Origin: an uncultured virus (IMG/VR IMGVR_UViG_3300030098_003452)
Lineage: Duplodnaviria > Heunggongvirae > Uroviricota > Caudoviricetes > Crassvirales
Virus record (IMG/VR): IMGVR_UViG_3300030098_003452
Location: 1-64,000 of that record
Length of the DNA: 64,000 nucleotides
Strand: one strand, 5' to 3'
In this document: one piece after another, positions 1 through 9,592 of the stretch
Position numbering within the stretch: position 1 is the first letter of the stretch
How the letters are laid out: each line of letters starts with the position of its first letter
Notes under the pieces: generated by a model
Databases searched by the model: none
Seen by the model: only the letters and a program-made list of their open reading frames with translations
What the model was told of the DNA's origin: nothing
Program-made: the position numbers and the translations under genes

Positions 1-12
1 CATTTTGTCATA

Positions 13-207
13 TTATTTTAATGAGTAATATACTTCATTTGATTCAATATTATAGTCTTCAAATATATCATTTAATATTTCAGTCTCAAATTCTTCTTGA
101 AAGTTTTCATTATTTATATTAATGTCATAATTATTTAATATTTCATTTGTAATTTCAAATTTGAATTCGATTTGATTTGTTTTGTTTGAATAAATTTTTA
201 AAGTCAT
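13..207 (-). CDS. small acidic hypothetical protein (early region)
   Basis: 64-aa ORF directly downstream of the repeated promoter-like motif at 248-279. Confidence 0.6.
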   Translation of the reverse strand: MTLKIYSNKTNQIEFKFEITNEILNNYDININNENFQEEFETEILNDIFEDYNIESNEVYYSLK

Positions 208-247
208 TTTAATTTTATTTTAATTATTATTATTTATTAGTTATATA

Positions 248-279
248 TATTATCCAATATTAGTTGTATTTACTTTGTA
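248..279 (-). promoter_or_regulatory. putative phage promoter TACAAAKTAAATACA-N10-GATAATA, copy 1
   Basis: One of four copies with identical 10-nt spacing, all upstream of - strand genes. Confidence 0.65.
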
Positions 280-280
280 A

Positions 281-436
281 TTATAGTAATTCAATTGACA
301 TATTCAATTCATCAAATAATTGTCCATATTCAGAGTCATATACATTATCAAGTGTGTAGACTACATTGTTGACTGTCATTTCATAGATATCATTATCCTC
401 ATCTATTCTAATTGTGATTGTGTTAGTGTTATTCAT
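281..436 (-). CDS. small acidic hypothetical protein (51 aa, not in ORF track)
   Basis: Manual translation MNNTNTITIRIDEDNDIYEMTVNNVVYTLDNVYDSEYGQLFDELNMSIELL; downstream of the motif at 466-497. Confidence 0.55.
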   Translation of the reverse strand: MNNTNTITIRIDEDNDIYEMTVNNVVYTLDNVYDSEYGQLFDELNMSIELL

Positions 437-465
437 ATTATTATTATTAAGTTGTTATTCATATA

Positions 466-497
466 TATTATCCATTGATAAGTGTATTTAATTTGTA
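466..497 (-). promoter_or_regulatory. putative phage promoter, copy 2
   Basis: + strand reads tattatc-N10-tgtatttaatttgta. Confidence 0.65.
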
Positions 498-498
498 A

Positions 499-704
499 GT
501 GAAGAGTGGGAGAGGAGGAGGAGGGGGAGGGAAGGGAGGAGGAGGGAGGAGGGAGAGAGATAGGGATAGGGAGAGGGAAATGATAGAGGAGGTGGGAATG
601 GAATGACAAAATGGAAATGATGAGGGGAATAGGAAAAAGAAAGGGGGAGCCCATGTTAGAGTTGGGGTTTTCCTGGGGAAGGGGGGCGGGGGTAGGAGGG
701 GGGC
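499..704. repeat. G/purine-rich low-complexity tract in the divergent intergenic region
   Basis: Runs of GGAG/GGGA/GGGG in an otherwise AT-rich genome. Confidence 0.8.
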
Positions 705-742
705 AACACTTCACTCCAATATTTATAACGTACTTTTTTTTA

Positions 743-873
743 GTGACATAAGCCTATTAAGAAATAATTAGTAACAAGCTATTGTCACACTCCTTACCTA
801 AGGATATTACTAGGGTAATATCTAGGGTTAGAGATAGGTTATTAGAGATAAAGTAATAAGCTATTGTCACACT
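743..873. promoter_or_regulatory. inverted/direct repeat cluster (putative operator or origin)
   Basis: GTGACATAAGC...GCTATTGTCAC (743-788); 22-nt direct repeat at 770-791 and 852-873; perfect inverted repeat GATATTAC-tagg-GTAATATC at 803-822. Confidence 0.6.
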
Positions 874-938
874 TATATTAAATAATAAAAATTACGTGTG
901 ATTATTAGGAAATAGTGCACTAATTAAAATTTAACAAC

Positions 939-1637
939 ATGGCGTTTAAAATGAAAGGATCTCCGTATACAACGGGGACACATGCAACGAAAAAGACAAT
1001 GGCTTATCAAGCTAGTCCTCTACCACAATACAACCGATTAGAGGGATATACTTATGGAGACGAGGTTATAGATCCTGATTATAAAGGTCCTGGAACTGGA
1101 TATATGATAGAAGGTACTAAACCTAGTGCCTCAAGTGGTGAGAAGATGTCTAATCAAGCTTGGGAAGAATATTTAGCTAACGAAACATCAGAGCAAAAGA
1201 GAAAAAGATTAGAAAGAGAAAGTAGAAAAAAATTGACTGATGTTCAACGTAGAGTTGAAATGGATACAGAACCAATAACACTAGACCCTATTAAAATCGG
1301 TATGGATTTAGAAACTCCAACGCCAGGGAATTTAGAACAGATTGATTTTCCTTCAAGTAGTACCTCTACTGAAACTAAAATACCTAAAAAGAAAAAGACA
1401 ACTAAAAAACGAAGAAGACGAAAAACATTTAAGGAAATAGTAAATCCTCATGATTTACATCCTTGGGTGGGAAAAAATAGCAAATTTGGAATATTTGGAA
1501 AGTATGGAGGAAAAGATAGAAAAAAGGTATTTGGTGGAATAGGGAGAACTTTAAAGAAAATGAATCCAGCGAAATTATTTAAAAGTAGAGGTGGAAACTG
1601 CCTTGTAGACCCAAACGCAACTGTTGGTAGACGTTAA
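939..1637 (+). CDS. MAFKMKG-leader family protein with basic C-terminus
   Basis: N-terminus MAFKMKGSP...SPLPQ. Confidence 0.8.
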   Translation: MAFKMKGSPYTTGTHATKKTMAYQASPLPQYNRLEGYTYGDEVIDPDYKGPGTGYMIEGTKPSASSGEKMSNQAWEEYLANETSEQKRKRLERESRKKLTDVQRRVEMDTEPITLDPIKIGMDLETPTPGNLEQIDFPSSSTSTETKIPKKKKTTKKRRRRKTFKEIVNPHDLHPWVGKNSKFGIFGKYGGKDRKKVFGGIGRTLKKMNPAKLFKSRGGNCLVDPNATVGRR

Positions 1638-1651
1638 TAAAACATATAACT

Positions 1652-2125
1652 ATGACATTTAAAATGAAAGGGTTTCCTCAACATAACACGTCTGCTTTTA
1701 AACAACAGACACACAAGTATAATATAGAAGGAGAAAATATAAAAATAAAAACAAAAACACCTGATCAAGATCAAACCCTTATCGATGCATATAATAAGTT
1801 CCAAACAGCTAATCAGATTTATAATAAATTTGCTAGTGATGAAAGATTTGGGAAAGATTTAAATCAAGAAGAAATGGCACAACTACAAAAAGAAATAGCT
1901 TTAGCTGGCGAAGCGTACAACAATGCTAAAACTGATTTCTTTAACGTTACAGATTCTTTAAGCAATGTTTTAAATAAAAAAGGACCATTTCCACAGCTTT
2001 TTGGACCGCGTAAAAAAGGTATTATTAGAAAAATTAAAGATTGGTTTGGAAATAGAAGATATAGAAAAAATTTTAGAAAAGATGTTAAGGGATTTGCAGG
2101 TGGAAAATGGAAAAAAAGAAGGTAA
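1652..2125 (+). CDS. MAFKMKG-leader family protein
   Basis: N-terminus MTFKMKGFPQHNTSAFKQ. Confidence 0.8.
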   Translation: MTFKMKGFPQHNTSAFKQQTHKYNIEGENIKIKTKTPDQDQTLIDAYNKFQTANQIYNKFASDERFGKDLNQEEMAQLQKEIALAGEAYNNAKTDFFNVTDSLSNVLNKKGPFPQLFGPRKKGIIRKIKDWFGNRRYRKNFRKDVKGFAGGKWKKRR

Positions 2126-2382
2126 TGGCATTTAAATTAAAGAAAACCGATTTAAAGCCAAGTTCTAGAGTAAGTTTTGACTCAGAACATGGTTTTGCAG
2201 CTGGATCACCAGATGAAAACAACGATATAAACTACATAAATACACCAACTGGAGAAATAGATATGACCAACACACCACATCGACTAAAAGCAGTTGATGA
2301 ATATGGATTTGAAAAGACATTAGAGCCATTTAGTGGCGTACATATGTTCGCTGGTAAGCGTGTAAAAGAGATAAAATTATAA
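2125..2382 (+). CDS. MAFK-leader family protein (start revised to 2125)
   Basis: TAATG stop/start overlap with the upstream gene gives MAFKLKK. Confidence 0.7.
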   Translation: MAFKLKKTDLKPSSRVSFDSEHGFAAGSPDENNDINYINTPTGEIDMTNTPHRLKAVDEYGFEKTLEPFSGVHMFAGKRVKEIKL

Positions 2383-2417
2383 CAAAAACTAATTATTAAC
2401 CAAATAAACCAAAAATT

Positions 2418-2708
2418 ATGACTTATTTGTACTATAAGACCAGTACATTAACTGGCAACCAAAAACCGAATGAAAAAACTATAAAACAGTGGGAACATTT
2501 GTCTAAAAAGAAGAACTGGAGAATAACACAGTTACCAAATGGATTCTATCAGACAGAAGTTTCAGAGCCAGACACAGAAGAATGGCACGCTGTAACAAGA
2601 AGAGAGACAATAGAGGGTGCTGAAACCGCTATAAATGGTAGCATAGAGCACTTTAATAAAAAACTAGAGTCTATAAAAGGACCTAAAGTAATTAAAACAT
2701 TCAAATAA
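2418..2708 (+). CDS. hypothetical protein
   Basis: 96-aa ORF in operon context. Confidence 0.75.
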   Translation: MTYLYYKTSTLTGNQKPNEKTIKQWEHLSKKKNWRITQLPNGFYQTEVSEPDTEEWHAVTRRETIEGAETAINGSIEHFNKKLESIKGPKVIKTFK

Positions 2709-2714
2709 AACAAT

Positions 2715-3635
2715 ATGGCATTCAAAATGAAAGGTTCTCCGCATAAAACGGGGACTATGGAGGGAACTTCAGCACATAAATCAGCTTTAAAAGCTTATAA
2801 AACAATGAAAAAATACGGTAACGATGCCGTAAAGTTTGGTAGTACTGAAGGAAAATCAGTACCAAATAAAATGAAGTCTCCAATGGAGCAAATGTGTCCT
2901 CCTGGAGAAATTCCAGTAGATAAAGACGGTAATGTTTTACAGCAAAAATCTTCACCTAATAAGAAAATTGGTGAAAAAATTAAAAAAGGTGTTAAAAAAG
3001 CTGTTAAAGGAGTAAAAAAAGCCGCTGGAAAAGTTAAAGATTATTTAGAGACTCCAAGAGAAAAGCAGCAAGAAATGATGGAGAAAGGCGTTAAGAAGGT
3101 TGGTAAACATTTAAAAGATGTTGTTAAGCCTAAAGTAACTAAAACAGCAAAGAGTTCTATGTCACGTGTAGATCCAAGATCTGAAGTTATTGAATACTCT
3201 GGTAGCGCTACAACAAAAAAATCAAGGAAAAAACTTTTTGGAGGGGGCGTTGAAAAAGAAGTTACAACTTCTTATTCTCAAAGAGATGATGAGCCAAAAG
3301 GTGATAAAACTAAAACAACATCTAAGAAAACAGTAAAACGTAGATCTGGAGATGTTAAGAAAACTGTTGAGGTTTCAGATGATGGTACTAGAACTATCAC
3401 TAAATATGATAAAAAAGGTAATGTTAAAAAGGTTAAAACTAAAAAAGATAAACGTGGGCATTATCTACCTGGTGAAACAATAGGAACAAAAATCAAATCT
3501 AGAAAAGTTTCTAAATCAAGAAATGCTGAGGCGGTACGAGGATTAGGTGATATTAGTGATGAGAAAAAACAAGAGATATATGAAGAAACCGGAGCAATAC
3601 AGCAAAAAAAAGCGATGAAAAGCGCAAAATATTAA
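2715..3635 (+). CDS. MAFKMKG-leader family protein, very Lys-rich
   Basis: MAFKMKGSPHK..GTSAHK; internal SPMEQ and SPNKK. Confidence 0.8.
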   Translation: MAFKMKGSPHKTGTMEGTSAHKSALKAYKTMKKYGNDAVKFGSTEGKSVPNKMKSPMEQMCPPGEIPVDKDGNVLQQKSSPNKKIGEKIKKGVKKAVKGVKKAAGKVKDYLETPREKQQEMMEKGVKKVGKHLKDVVKPKVTKTAKSSMSRVDPRSEVIEYSGSATTKKSRKKLFGGGVEKEVTTSYSQRDDEPKGDKTKTTSKKTVKRRSGDVKKTVEVSDDGTRTITKYDKKGNVKKVKTKKDKRGHYLPGETIGTKIKSRKVSKSRNAEAVRGLGDISDEKKQEIYEETGAIQQKKAMKSAKY

Positions 3636-3647
3636 AAAACAAAGATT

Positions 3648-4106
3648 ATGGCATTTAAAATGAAAGGAAGTCCTATGAAGAGAAATTTTGGTGTAGGAGC
3701 TTCGTCACCAGCAAAACAATTATTAGAACCAAACTATGAATCGGAGATGTATAGTGAGAAAATTGGACCAGCTAATGAACCTGGAGTAACGCATAAGCTT
3801 AGATTAGACGCCGATAAAGTCCCTCTTGGCGACGAGTATGATATAGAGTATAAGAACAAACGTGATCTTTATGAAGAATCTAGAGATTACGAAAAAAATC
3901 TACCTATTGACGATAAAATTATTCCAGGATCTTGGAGTCATAGTGGTAATGTAGAGGAAACTAATAAACCTGTAGAGGAAACGAATAAACCTCTTCCAAA
4001 ACACTCAGTGGACGATCAAGGAAACCCAACCATGTTGACTTATACTCGGGAATATGATCCACGAACTAAAACTTGGAAAAAAGTACCTGTATATCAGCGG
4101 TACTAA
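3648..4106 (+). CDS. MAFKMKG-leader family protein
   Basis: MAFKMKGSPMKRNFGVGASSPAKQ; tandem VEETNKP duplication. Confidence 0.8.
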   Translation: MAFKMKGSPMKRNFGVGASSPAKQLLEPNYESEMYSEKIGPANEPGVTHKLRLDADKVPLGDEYDIEYKNKRDLYEESRDYEKNLPIDDKIIPGSWSHSGNVEETNKPVEETNKPLPKHSVDDQGNPTMLTYTREYDPRTKTWKKVPVYQRY

Positions 4107-4147
4107 ACTTGACTAAGTAGAAACACAATTAAATTAAATTAAATTAA

Positions 4148-5716
4148 ATGGAATACAATCAACCTAGCGAGATTGTCAAAGACTTGAACTTTGGTGATTC
4201 CGCAAAACAAAGAATTATAAAAGGCGTAGATAAACTTGCAAAAGCAGTTAAGTCTACTCTAGGAGCTTCTGGTAAATGTGTTATTTACGAAGACGCTCGA
4301 GGAAAACCGGTAATTACAAAAGACGGTGTAACCGTGGCAGAAAGCGTAGTCTTATATGATCCGGTTGAAAACATGGGCGCTACTTTAATAAAGGAAGCGG
4401 CTCGAAACACAGTGAAAGAAGCAGGTGATGGAACTACTACAGCCACTGTCCTTGCTGAAGCACTTATAAAGAATGTTAACCACGAAGAACATCATGGTAC
4501 ATCTATTAGAGAAATAAAAGAAGGAATACAATCCGGATTAAAAAAAGTTAATAAGTATTTAAACGATATATCTATAAACGTAGAAGGAGACATGTTAAAA
4601 GATGTTAGTTCTATATCTTGTAATAATGATAAGGTTTTAGGTAATATTATATCAGAAGCTTATGAAAAAGTAGGGAAAGACGGTGTTGTTTTAATGGAGC
4701 AATCTGAAACAGAAAACACTTATGTAGAAATTGTGGACGGCGTACAAATAGAGTCTGGACTTACATCACCTCATTTTGTAACCGATAACGAAAAACAAAG
4801 AGCAATTCTTGAAAATCCACTAATCTTAATCGTTGCGTCGGAAATCCCAAACGTTAGAAAAATACAAAAAGTATTAGAATTTGTTATTAAAAATAACAAG
4901 TCATTATTAATTGTTGCACCAGTATCTCAACAAGTTAAATCAGCTTTGTTGATGAACAGAGTAAAAGGTAATATAAAAGTTAATATAGTTGATTTACCTG
5001 GTTTTGGACCAACTAAACGTGATACCATAGAAGACTTAGCTATTTTAACAGGGGCAACGGTTATTAATGAAGAGCTTGGAGATGATCTAGATGGTATATC
5101 TTTAGATGTGCTTGGAGAAGCTGAAAAAGCGGTTACTGAAGATAAAAACACTATTATAACAACTTTAGAAACAACTGAAGAGGTTGGAGAAAGAATAAAA
5201 GAAGTTCAAAAACTTATTAAGAAAGAAAAGAACGAATATTTAAAAAGAAGAATAGAACAAAGACTAGCTATGTTATCTGGTTCTGTAGGAGTTATAAAGG
5301 TTGGTGCTGATTCTAAAGTAGAATTAAAAGAAAAGAAAGATAGAGTTGAGGATGCTATATACGCTACAAAAGCGGCCCTGAAAGAAGGTATCGTCCCAGG
5401 TGGTGGTATTGCTTTACTCAACGCATCTCAAACTATAGAAACTGAAAATATAGGAGAGAAAATATTATTAAAAGCAATAAGATCACCATTTGAAACTATA
5501 CTAGATAACGCTGGTTTTACACAAACAGCGCCTAGACCAGAAAAAGGATTAGGTGTTGATGTTGTTACTGGAGAAAGTGTTGATATGATAAAAAATGGTA
5601 TTATTGATCCAGTTCTTGTAACAAAAACTGCTCTTAAAAATGCTGTATCTGTAGTTTCGACTATAATATCAGCAGATTGTGTAATTTCAAATATCAGAGT
5701 AGATGAAGGCAGTTAA
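4148..5716 (+). CDS. groEL: phage chaperonin GroEL (Cpn60)
   Basis: TKDGVTVA, GDGTTTATVLA and EGIVPGGG motifs; no GGM tail. Confidence 0.97.
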   Translation: MEYNQPSEIVKDLNFGDSAKQRIIKGVDKLAKAVKSTLGASGKCVIYEDARGKPVITKDGVTVAESVVLYDPVENMGATLIKEAARNTVKEAGDGTTTATVLAEALIKNVNHEEHHGTSIREIKEGIQSGLKKVNKYLNDISINVEGDMLKDVSSISCNNDKVLGNIISEAYEKVGKDGVVLMEQSETENTYVEIVDGVQIESGLTSPHFVTDNEKQRAILENPLILIVASEIPNVRKIQKVLEFVIKNNKSLLIVAPVSQQVKSALLMNRVKGNIKVNIVDLPGFGPTKRDTIEDLAILTGATVINEELGDDLDGISLDVLGEAEKAVTEDKNTIITTLETTEEVGERIKEVQKLIKKEKNEYLKRRIEQRLAMLSGSVGVIKVGADSKVELKEKKDRVEDAIYATKAALKEGIVPGGGIALLNASQTIETENIGEKILLKAIRSPFETILDNAGFTQTAPRPEKGLGVDVVTGESVDMIKNGIIDPVLVTKTALKNAVSVVSTIISADCVISNIRVDEGS

Positions 5717-5960
5717 TCATTACATAATTATAGAACAAATAAAAGATGAACCTAAAAAAGTCGCAGGTCTTATTTTAACAGAAGATACAGATACTGACAA
5801 TAGGTACTTAAAGGCTAAAGTGGTATCAATAGGGAATAATGTAGAAGGAATAAAAGAAGAAGACGTTATATATTATGATAAACACGCTGGACACGGAATC
5901 CAACATAAAGATAAATTTTACCAAGTCATTAAACAGATGGACGTGGTACTTATAGATTAG
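5703..5960 (+). CDS. groES: co-chaperonin GroES (Cpn10)
   Basis: 85 aa overlapping the groEL end; AGLIL mobile loop and KVVSIG..V..IKEED pattern. Confidence 0.9.
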   Translation: MKAVNHYIIIEQIKDEPKKVAGLILTEDTDTDNRYLKAKVVSIGNNVEGIKEEDVIYYDKHAGHGIQHKDKFYQVIKQMDVVLID

Positions 5961-6037
5961 ACTTAAACCAAAAACTAAAAACCTAAAACCCAAAACGTAA
6001 AATTAACCTAATTATTAACCTTAAAAAAATTACAAAA

Positions 6038-6457
6038 ATGGAAAAGTATTTGTATTTCAGATCTACAGCTACAGCTGCAGATGATGATGATGCTACAAAT
6101 GGATCAAGATTGTACCCAGTATCTTCTTTTAAAGGTATGTGTATGGGGACTGCGGCAGCAACAGGTGTTATTACTGCTGACGAAGATGCTTTCAGTATGT
6201 TTTTTCAACCTATGGCTATACCAACAGGTGTTGTAGGTGAAGATCAAGCTGCTGCTGGCGATGGTGATACTTGTGATATTGTGGTGGTAGCAATAACTAC
6301 TGATAACAACGCTAAAGTTGTTATGAAGGCTATTGTTGATGCTATGACCGCGCATCCTCACTCTAATGTTGTAGATATTTTTGATGGTGTTGATGGAACT
6401 AAAGCCCACAGCGACATTGAAGGTATAACTGTAATCCACACAGATTACGCTGACTAA
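6038..6457 (+). CDS. acidic hypothetical protein, possibly structural
   Basis: 139-aa ORF with A-rich start context. Confidence 0.7.
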   Translation: MEKYLYFRSTATAADDDDATNGSRLYPVSSFKGMCMGTAAATGVITADEDAFSMFFQPMAIPTGVVGEDQAAAGDGDTCDIVVVAITTDNNAKVVMKAIVDAMTAHPHSNVVDIFDGVDGTKAHSDIEGITVIHTDYAD

Positions 6458-6463
6458 TCTTAA

Positions 6464-6904
6464 ATGAGATTAACCGCGCAGGATCTGCGTGAAATGAATA
6501 TCCTTAAGTATTACAGGCTCGTTAGAAAATGGGCCTGTAAGACTTACGGGTTAAAAGATGCAGATTTAGAATTATTAATTTATTTAGATTGTAAAGAAAG
6601 ATTTACACGACAAGAGTTTATAGATGGTGTTTATACCATGAGTTGGGATAAAAACCGTTGGGAGAGATTAAGAAGAGAGGGTTGGATAGAAGTTTGGAGG
6701 CATCGCAATAGAACAACTATTAAATATAGTGTTTTCAAAACATCATTTAAATGTTCTCAATTGATAAGTAGGATATATAGAGTACTATTAGGCGAAGAAG
6801 ATTTGCCTACATCAGAAAGATGTGTATTCTTTAACAATAAAACATATACCGATAAAGTCTTTAATAAAGCTATAGACGATATGGTAAAAGATAAAAATAG
6901 ATAA
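6464..6904 (+). CDS. hypothetical protein, possible winged-helix DNA-binding protein
   Basis: YGLKDADLELLIYL...ERLRREGWI resembles a MarR-like wHTH. Confidence 0.55.
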   Translation: MRLTAQDLREMNILKYYRLVRKWACKTYGLKDADLELLIYLDCKERFTRQEFIDGVYTMSWDKNRWERLRREGWIEVWRHRNRTTIKYSVFKTSFKCSQLISRIYRVLLGEEDLPTSERCVFFNNKTYTDKVFNKAIDDMVKDKNR

Positions 6905-6905
6905 T

Positions 6906-7301
6906 ATGGCTTTTAAAATAAAAAAATCTTTAATACAGGGCAGCGCTGAACATAGAGGCATGTCTTTTAAAATGCAAAGAAAAGATTTAGCACCTGGTAT
7001 AGCTGGTGAAGCTAATAATGATGGCACTGTTTTTATAAGTAAAAATATTAAAAAAGGAAGTCCTGAAGAAGCAGAGGTAGGAGCTCACGAAGCTGATCAC
7101 ATGCTACGTATGAAAAAAGGAGAATTAGGATACTCAGACAACGATGTTACTTGGAAGGGTAAAAAATACCCTAGAAAAGATGGAAAAATATTATATCAAG
7201 GAACTTGGAGAGAAGAAGGTTGGGAGAAGTTTCCTTGGGAAAAACTAGCTTATAAAGCTGGAACACAAGCTAAAAAAGAAGCTGAAAAGAAAAATACATA
7301 A
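6906..7301 (+). CDS. HExxH zinc metallopeptidase-like protein with MAFK leader
   Basis: GIAGEANNDGTVFI...AHEADH zincin motif; N-terminus MAFKIKK...MSFKM. Confidence 0.7.
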   Translation: MAFKIKKSLIQGSAEHRGMSFKMQRKDLAPGIAGEANNDGTVFISKNIKKGSPEEAEVGAHEADHMLRMKKGELGYSDNDVTWKGKKYPRKDGKILYQGTWREEGWEKFPWEKLAYKAGTQAKKEAEKKNT

Positions 7302-7311
7302 AATTAAAAAA

Positions 7312-7716
7312 ATGGGAAGAAAATCAAAAGCAAAATTTAAAATGAAAGGTCATACTTTACCAGGTATTAACCAAAGATCTGAAACAGCAAATAACAAAGA
7401 AGGTAGATCTCCATCTTCAGCTTTTCAAATGGCAGAACCAGGAGACAGTCCAAATAAATTTCTTGGATTAGCAGCGATGGGAGCTGGAGCTGCTTTAGGT
7501 AGAACTAAATGGGGTAAAAGCGCTATAGGTAAAATAGGTGGAACACTTAAAAATATTGGTGGGAAATTTGGTGGTGTAGGTAGTAAACTATTTGGTGGCG
7601 GTGATAACGATGATGCTGCCGCTGGAAAAGAACTTTTAAAAGCAGAAGCTAAGGCAGAAATGGAAGAAGATACTGCAATGACAATGAAATTAAAAACAGG
7701 TAAAAAAAAACAATAG
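7312..7716 (+). CDS. FKMKG-leader family protein with Gly-rich amphipathic segment
   Basis: KFKMKG...SSAFQ...DSPNKFLGLAAMGAGAALG. Confidence 0.7.
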   Translation: MGRKSKAKFKMKGHTLPGINQRSETANNKEGRSPSSAFQMAEPGDSPNKFLGLAAMGAGAALGRTKWGKSAIGKIGGTLKNIGGKFGGVGSKLFGGGDNDDAAAGKELLKAEAKAEMEEDTAMTMKLKTGKKKQ

Positions 7717-7763
7717 GTGGTAAACTAAATGAGGGAACATCACCTCATCAAGAATTATAAATT

Positions 7764-8156
7764 ATGAATATATTAGGAATGCTTACAGGTGGAGGAGCTA
7801 AAGACCTTGTAAAGGGAGTAGGTGGAGTTATAGATAGTCTACATACTTCTGAGGAAGAAAAGCTTGAAGCTAATCAAAAAATAAAAGAGTTAGTATCCAA
7901 CTACGAAGTAGAAATGGAGAAAACAATAACAGAAAGATGGAAAGTAGATATGAATTCAGATTCATGGCTTTCAAAAAATATTAGACCTATGGTTCTTATA
8001 TTTCTAGTGGTAGCAACAGTATTGATGATATTTATCGATGCTGGTATGGTACAATTTGAAGTAAAAGATACATGGGTCGATCTATTACAATTAGTATTAA
8101 TAACAGTGATTGGTGCTTACTTCGGTGGTAGATCACTAGAAAAAGTAAAAAAATAA
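7764..8156 (+). CDS. holin (3TM / GTA-type holin family)
   Basis: SDSWLSKNIRP motif, two hydrophobic helices, YFGGRSLEK tail. Confidence 0.8.
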   Translation: MNILGMLTGGGAKDLVKGVGGVIDSLHTSEEEKLEANQKIKELVSNYEVEMEKTITERWKVDMNSDSWLSKNIRPMVLIFLVVATVLMIFIDAGMVQFEVKDTWVDLLQLVLITVIGAYFGGRSLEKVKK

Positions 8157-8160
8157 AATT

Positions 8161-8820
8161 ATGGGAATAAACTCAACAGAAGTAAGTTATCAATTTGGAC
8201 AATTAGGTAGTGCTTACTCAGACATAGCTCAAGTAATAGTACCACCAAAAGATCACGTTATTGTGGCTATTACTTTTTTAGCTGATAATACACCAACAAT
8301 ATTAACGCCAGAAAAGTTAGACAGCGAAGGACCTGGTTATATAGCTATATCTGGATCAACTGGAGATGACGTGGAAGTAGCTGATAATAATTATTTCAAC
8401 TTTAACGGCGTTCACGCTAGCCATGTAACTAACGGGACAATAGCTGCTGGTGGTGATGTAACTTTAGCAACTTCAGGCGCTAACAAAGTAAAAGTTGGGC
8501 AATATGTATTATTGGTAAATGATGACGCTGATGAATCAGGAGCTACAGCAATGACTATAGACGCTGAAACACCAACGCCAATATATTCTGGACCTAACAA
8601 ACAAGGTGTTAAAGTTACTGGTTTTAACGGTACAACAACCGTTAATTTAGATGCGGCAATAACACCAAGTTCTCAAGCGTTGATTTTTCTTGATGAATTT
8701 CATGGTGCTGGAGGTTTAACAGCGGCTTCACAAGTGTTTCCAAAAGGAGTTACAATTTATGGTAGATGGACAGCGTTTAAACCATCTGCTGCTGGAGTAA
8801 TAGCTTATTTTGGTAAATAA
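8161..8820 (+). CDS. putative virion structural protein
   Basis: G/A/T-rich beta-type composition; lies before the lectin-domain genes. Confidence 0.55.
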   Translation: MGINSTEVSYQFGQLGSAYSDIAQVIVPPKDHVIVAITFLADNTPTILTPEKLDSEGPGYIAISGSTGDDVEVADNNYFNFNGVHASHVTNGTIAAGGDVTLATSGANKVKVGQYVLLVNDDADESGATAMTIDAETPTPIYSGPNKQGVKVTGFNGTTTVNLDAAITPSSQALIFLDEFHGAGGLTAASQVFPKGVTIYGRWTAFKPSAAGVIAYFGK

Positions 8821-9588
8821 ATGTTAGGTGCGGGATTAGGATCTCAACCCACAACTGAATGTGGTATATTTGGTAGTTACCAATGTTTGGAATTAGATGG
8901 TAATAGCGATTACGTTTCTTTTCCATCTGGATTAAAAAGCGCAATAAATACTAATTCAGGCACTATGTCCTGTTGGGTGGATTTAAGAGATAACGATGGC
9001 GCTAATAGTCAAAATATAATAAGATTAGCCAACGATTCTTCTAATGATAGTATGAGTCTTCAATTCCATAGATCAAACACAGAATTTAGAGCTATTTATA
9101 GGTTAGGTGGAGTTTATAAAGAAGCCACATATAATGATCTTTCTTTAGACGCTGCTGGTTATTTTGCTCAAGGATGGGTGTTTTTAGCTATGACTTGGGA
9201 AAGTGACGGTGAGGGAACTGGTGAAGTAAAAATGTACTTTAATGGTTCTATTTCAGAAACAGTATCACAACCAAATAATTGGGACGAGGAAAACAACGTA
9301 GATGTTGCTGTTATAGGTACTAACGATGGGGCAACTGGTGGTTTTGTAGATGGTTTTGTAGATCAAGTGGCTATTTATAATGTGGTAAAAAACGCAACAG
9401 AAATATCAGGAATGTATGGCAACGCAAAACCAGTAGATCTCACAACTGTTCAGGGTAGAGGACCAGCTTATACACCAGAGGGTTTGATAGCTTATTATCA
9501 ATTTGAAGGCAATGCTTTAGATAGTAGCGGAAACGCCTATCACGGAACTTTACATGGAACAGCTGGTTTCAACACAACACAACCTTAG
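8821..9588 (+). CDS. LamG/concanavalin A-like lectin domain protein (fibre/spike)
   Basis: LELDGNSDYV, SGTMSCWV, WVFLAMTW, FVDQVAIYN, LIAYYQFEGNALDSSGN. Confidence 0.85.
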   Translation: MLGAGLGSQPTTECGIFGSYQCLELDGNSDYVSFPSGLKSAINTNSGTMSCWVDLRDNDGANSQNIIRLANDSSNDSMSLQFHRSNTEFRAIYRLGGVYKEATYNDLSLDAAGYFAQGWVFLAMTWESDGEGTGEVKMYFNGSISETVSQPNNWDEENNVDVAVIGTNDGATGGFVDGFVDQVAIYNVVKNATEISGMYGNAKPVDLTTVQGRGPAYTPEGLIAYYQFEGNALDSSGNAYHGTLHGTAGFNTTQP

Positions 9589-9592
9589 TAAT

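Noticed and set aside
433..714. 93-aa Pro/Ser-rich ORF on the - strand
   Set aside because: It is the translation of the G-rich tract, has atypical composition, and overlaps promoter copy 2
5961..6037. A/C-rich quasi-repeat (aaacc/aaaac) after groES
   Set aside because: Short and irregular; consistent with an unstructured A-rich translation leader
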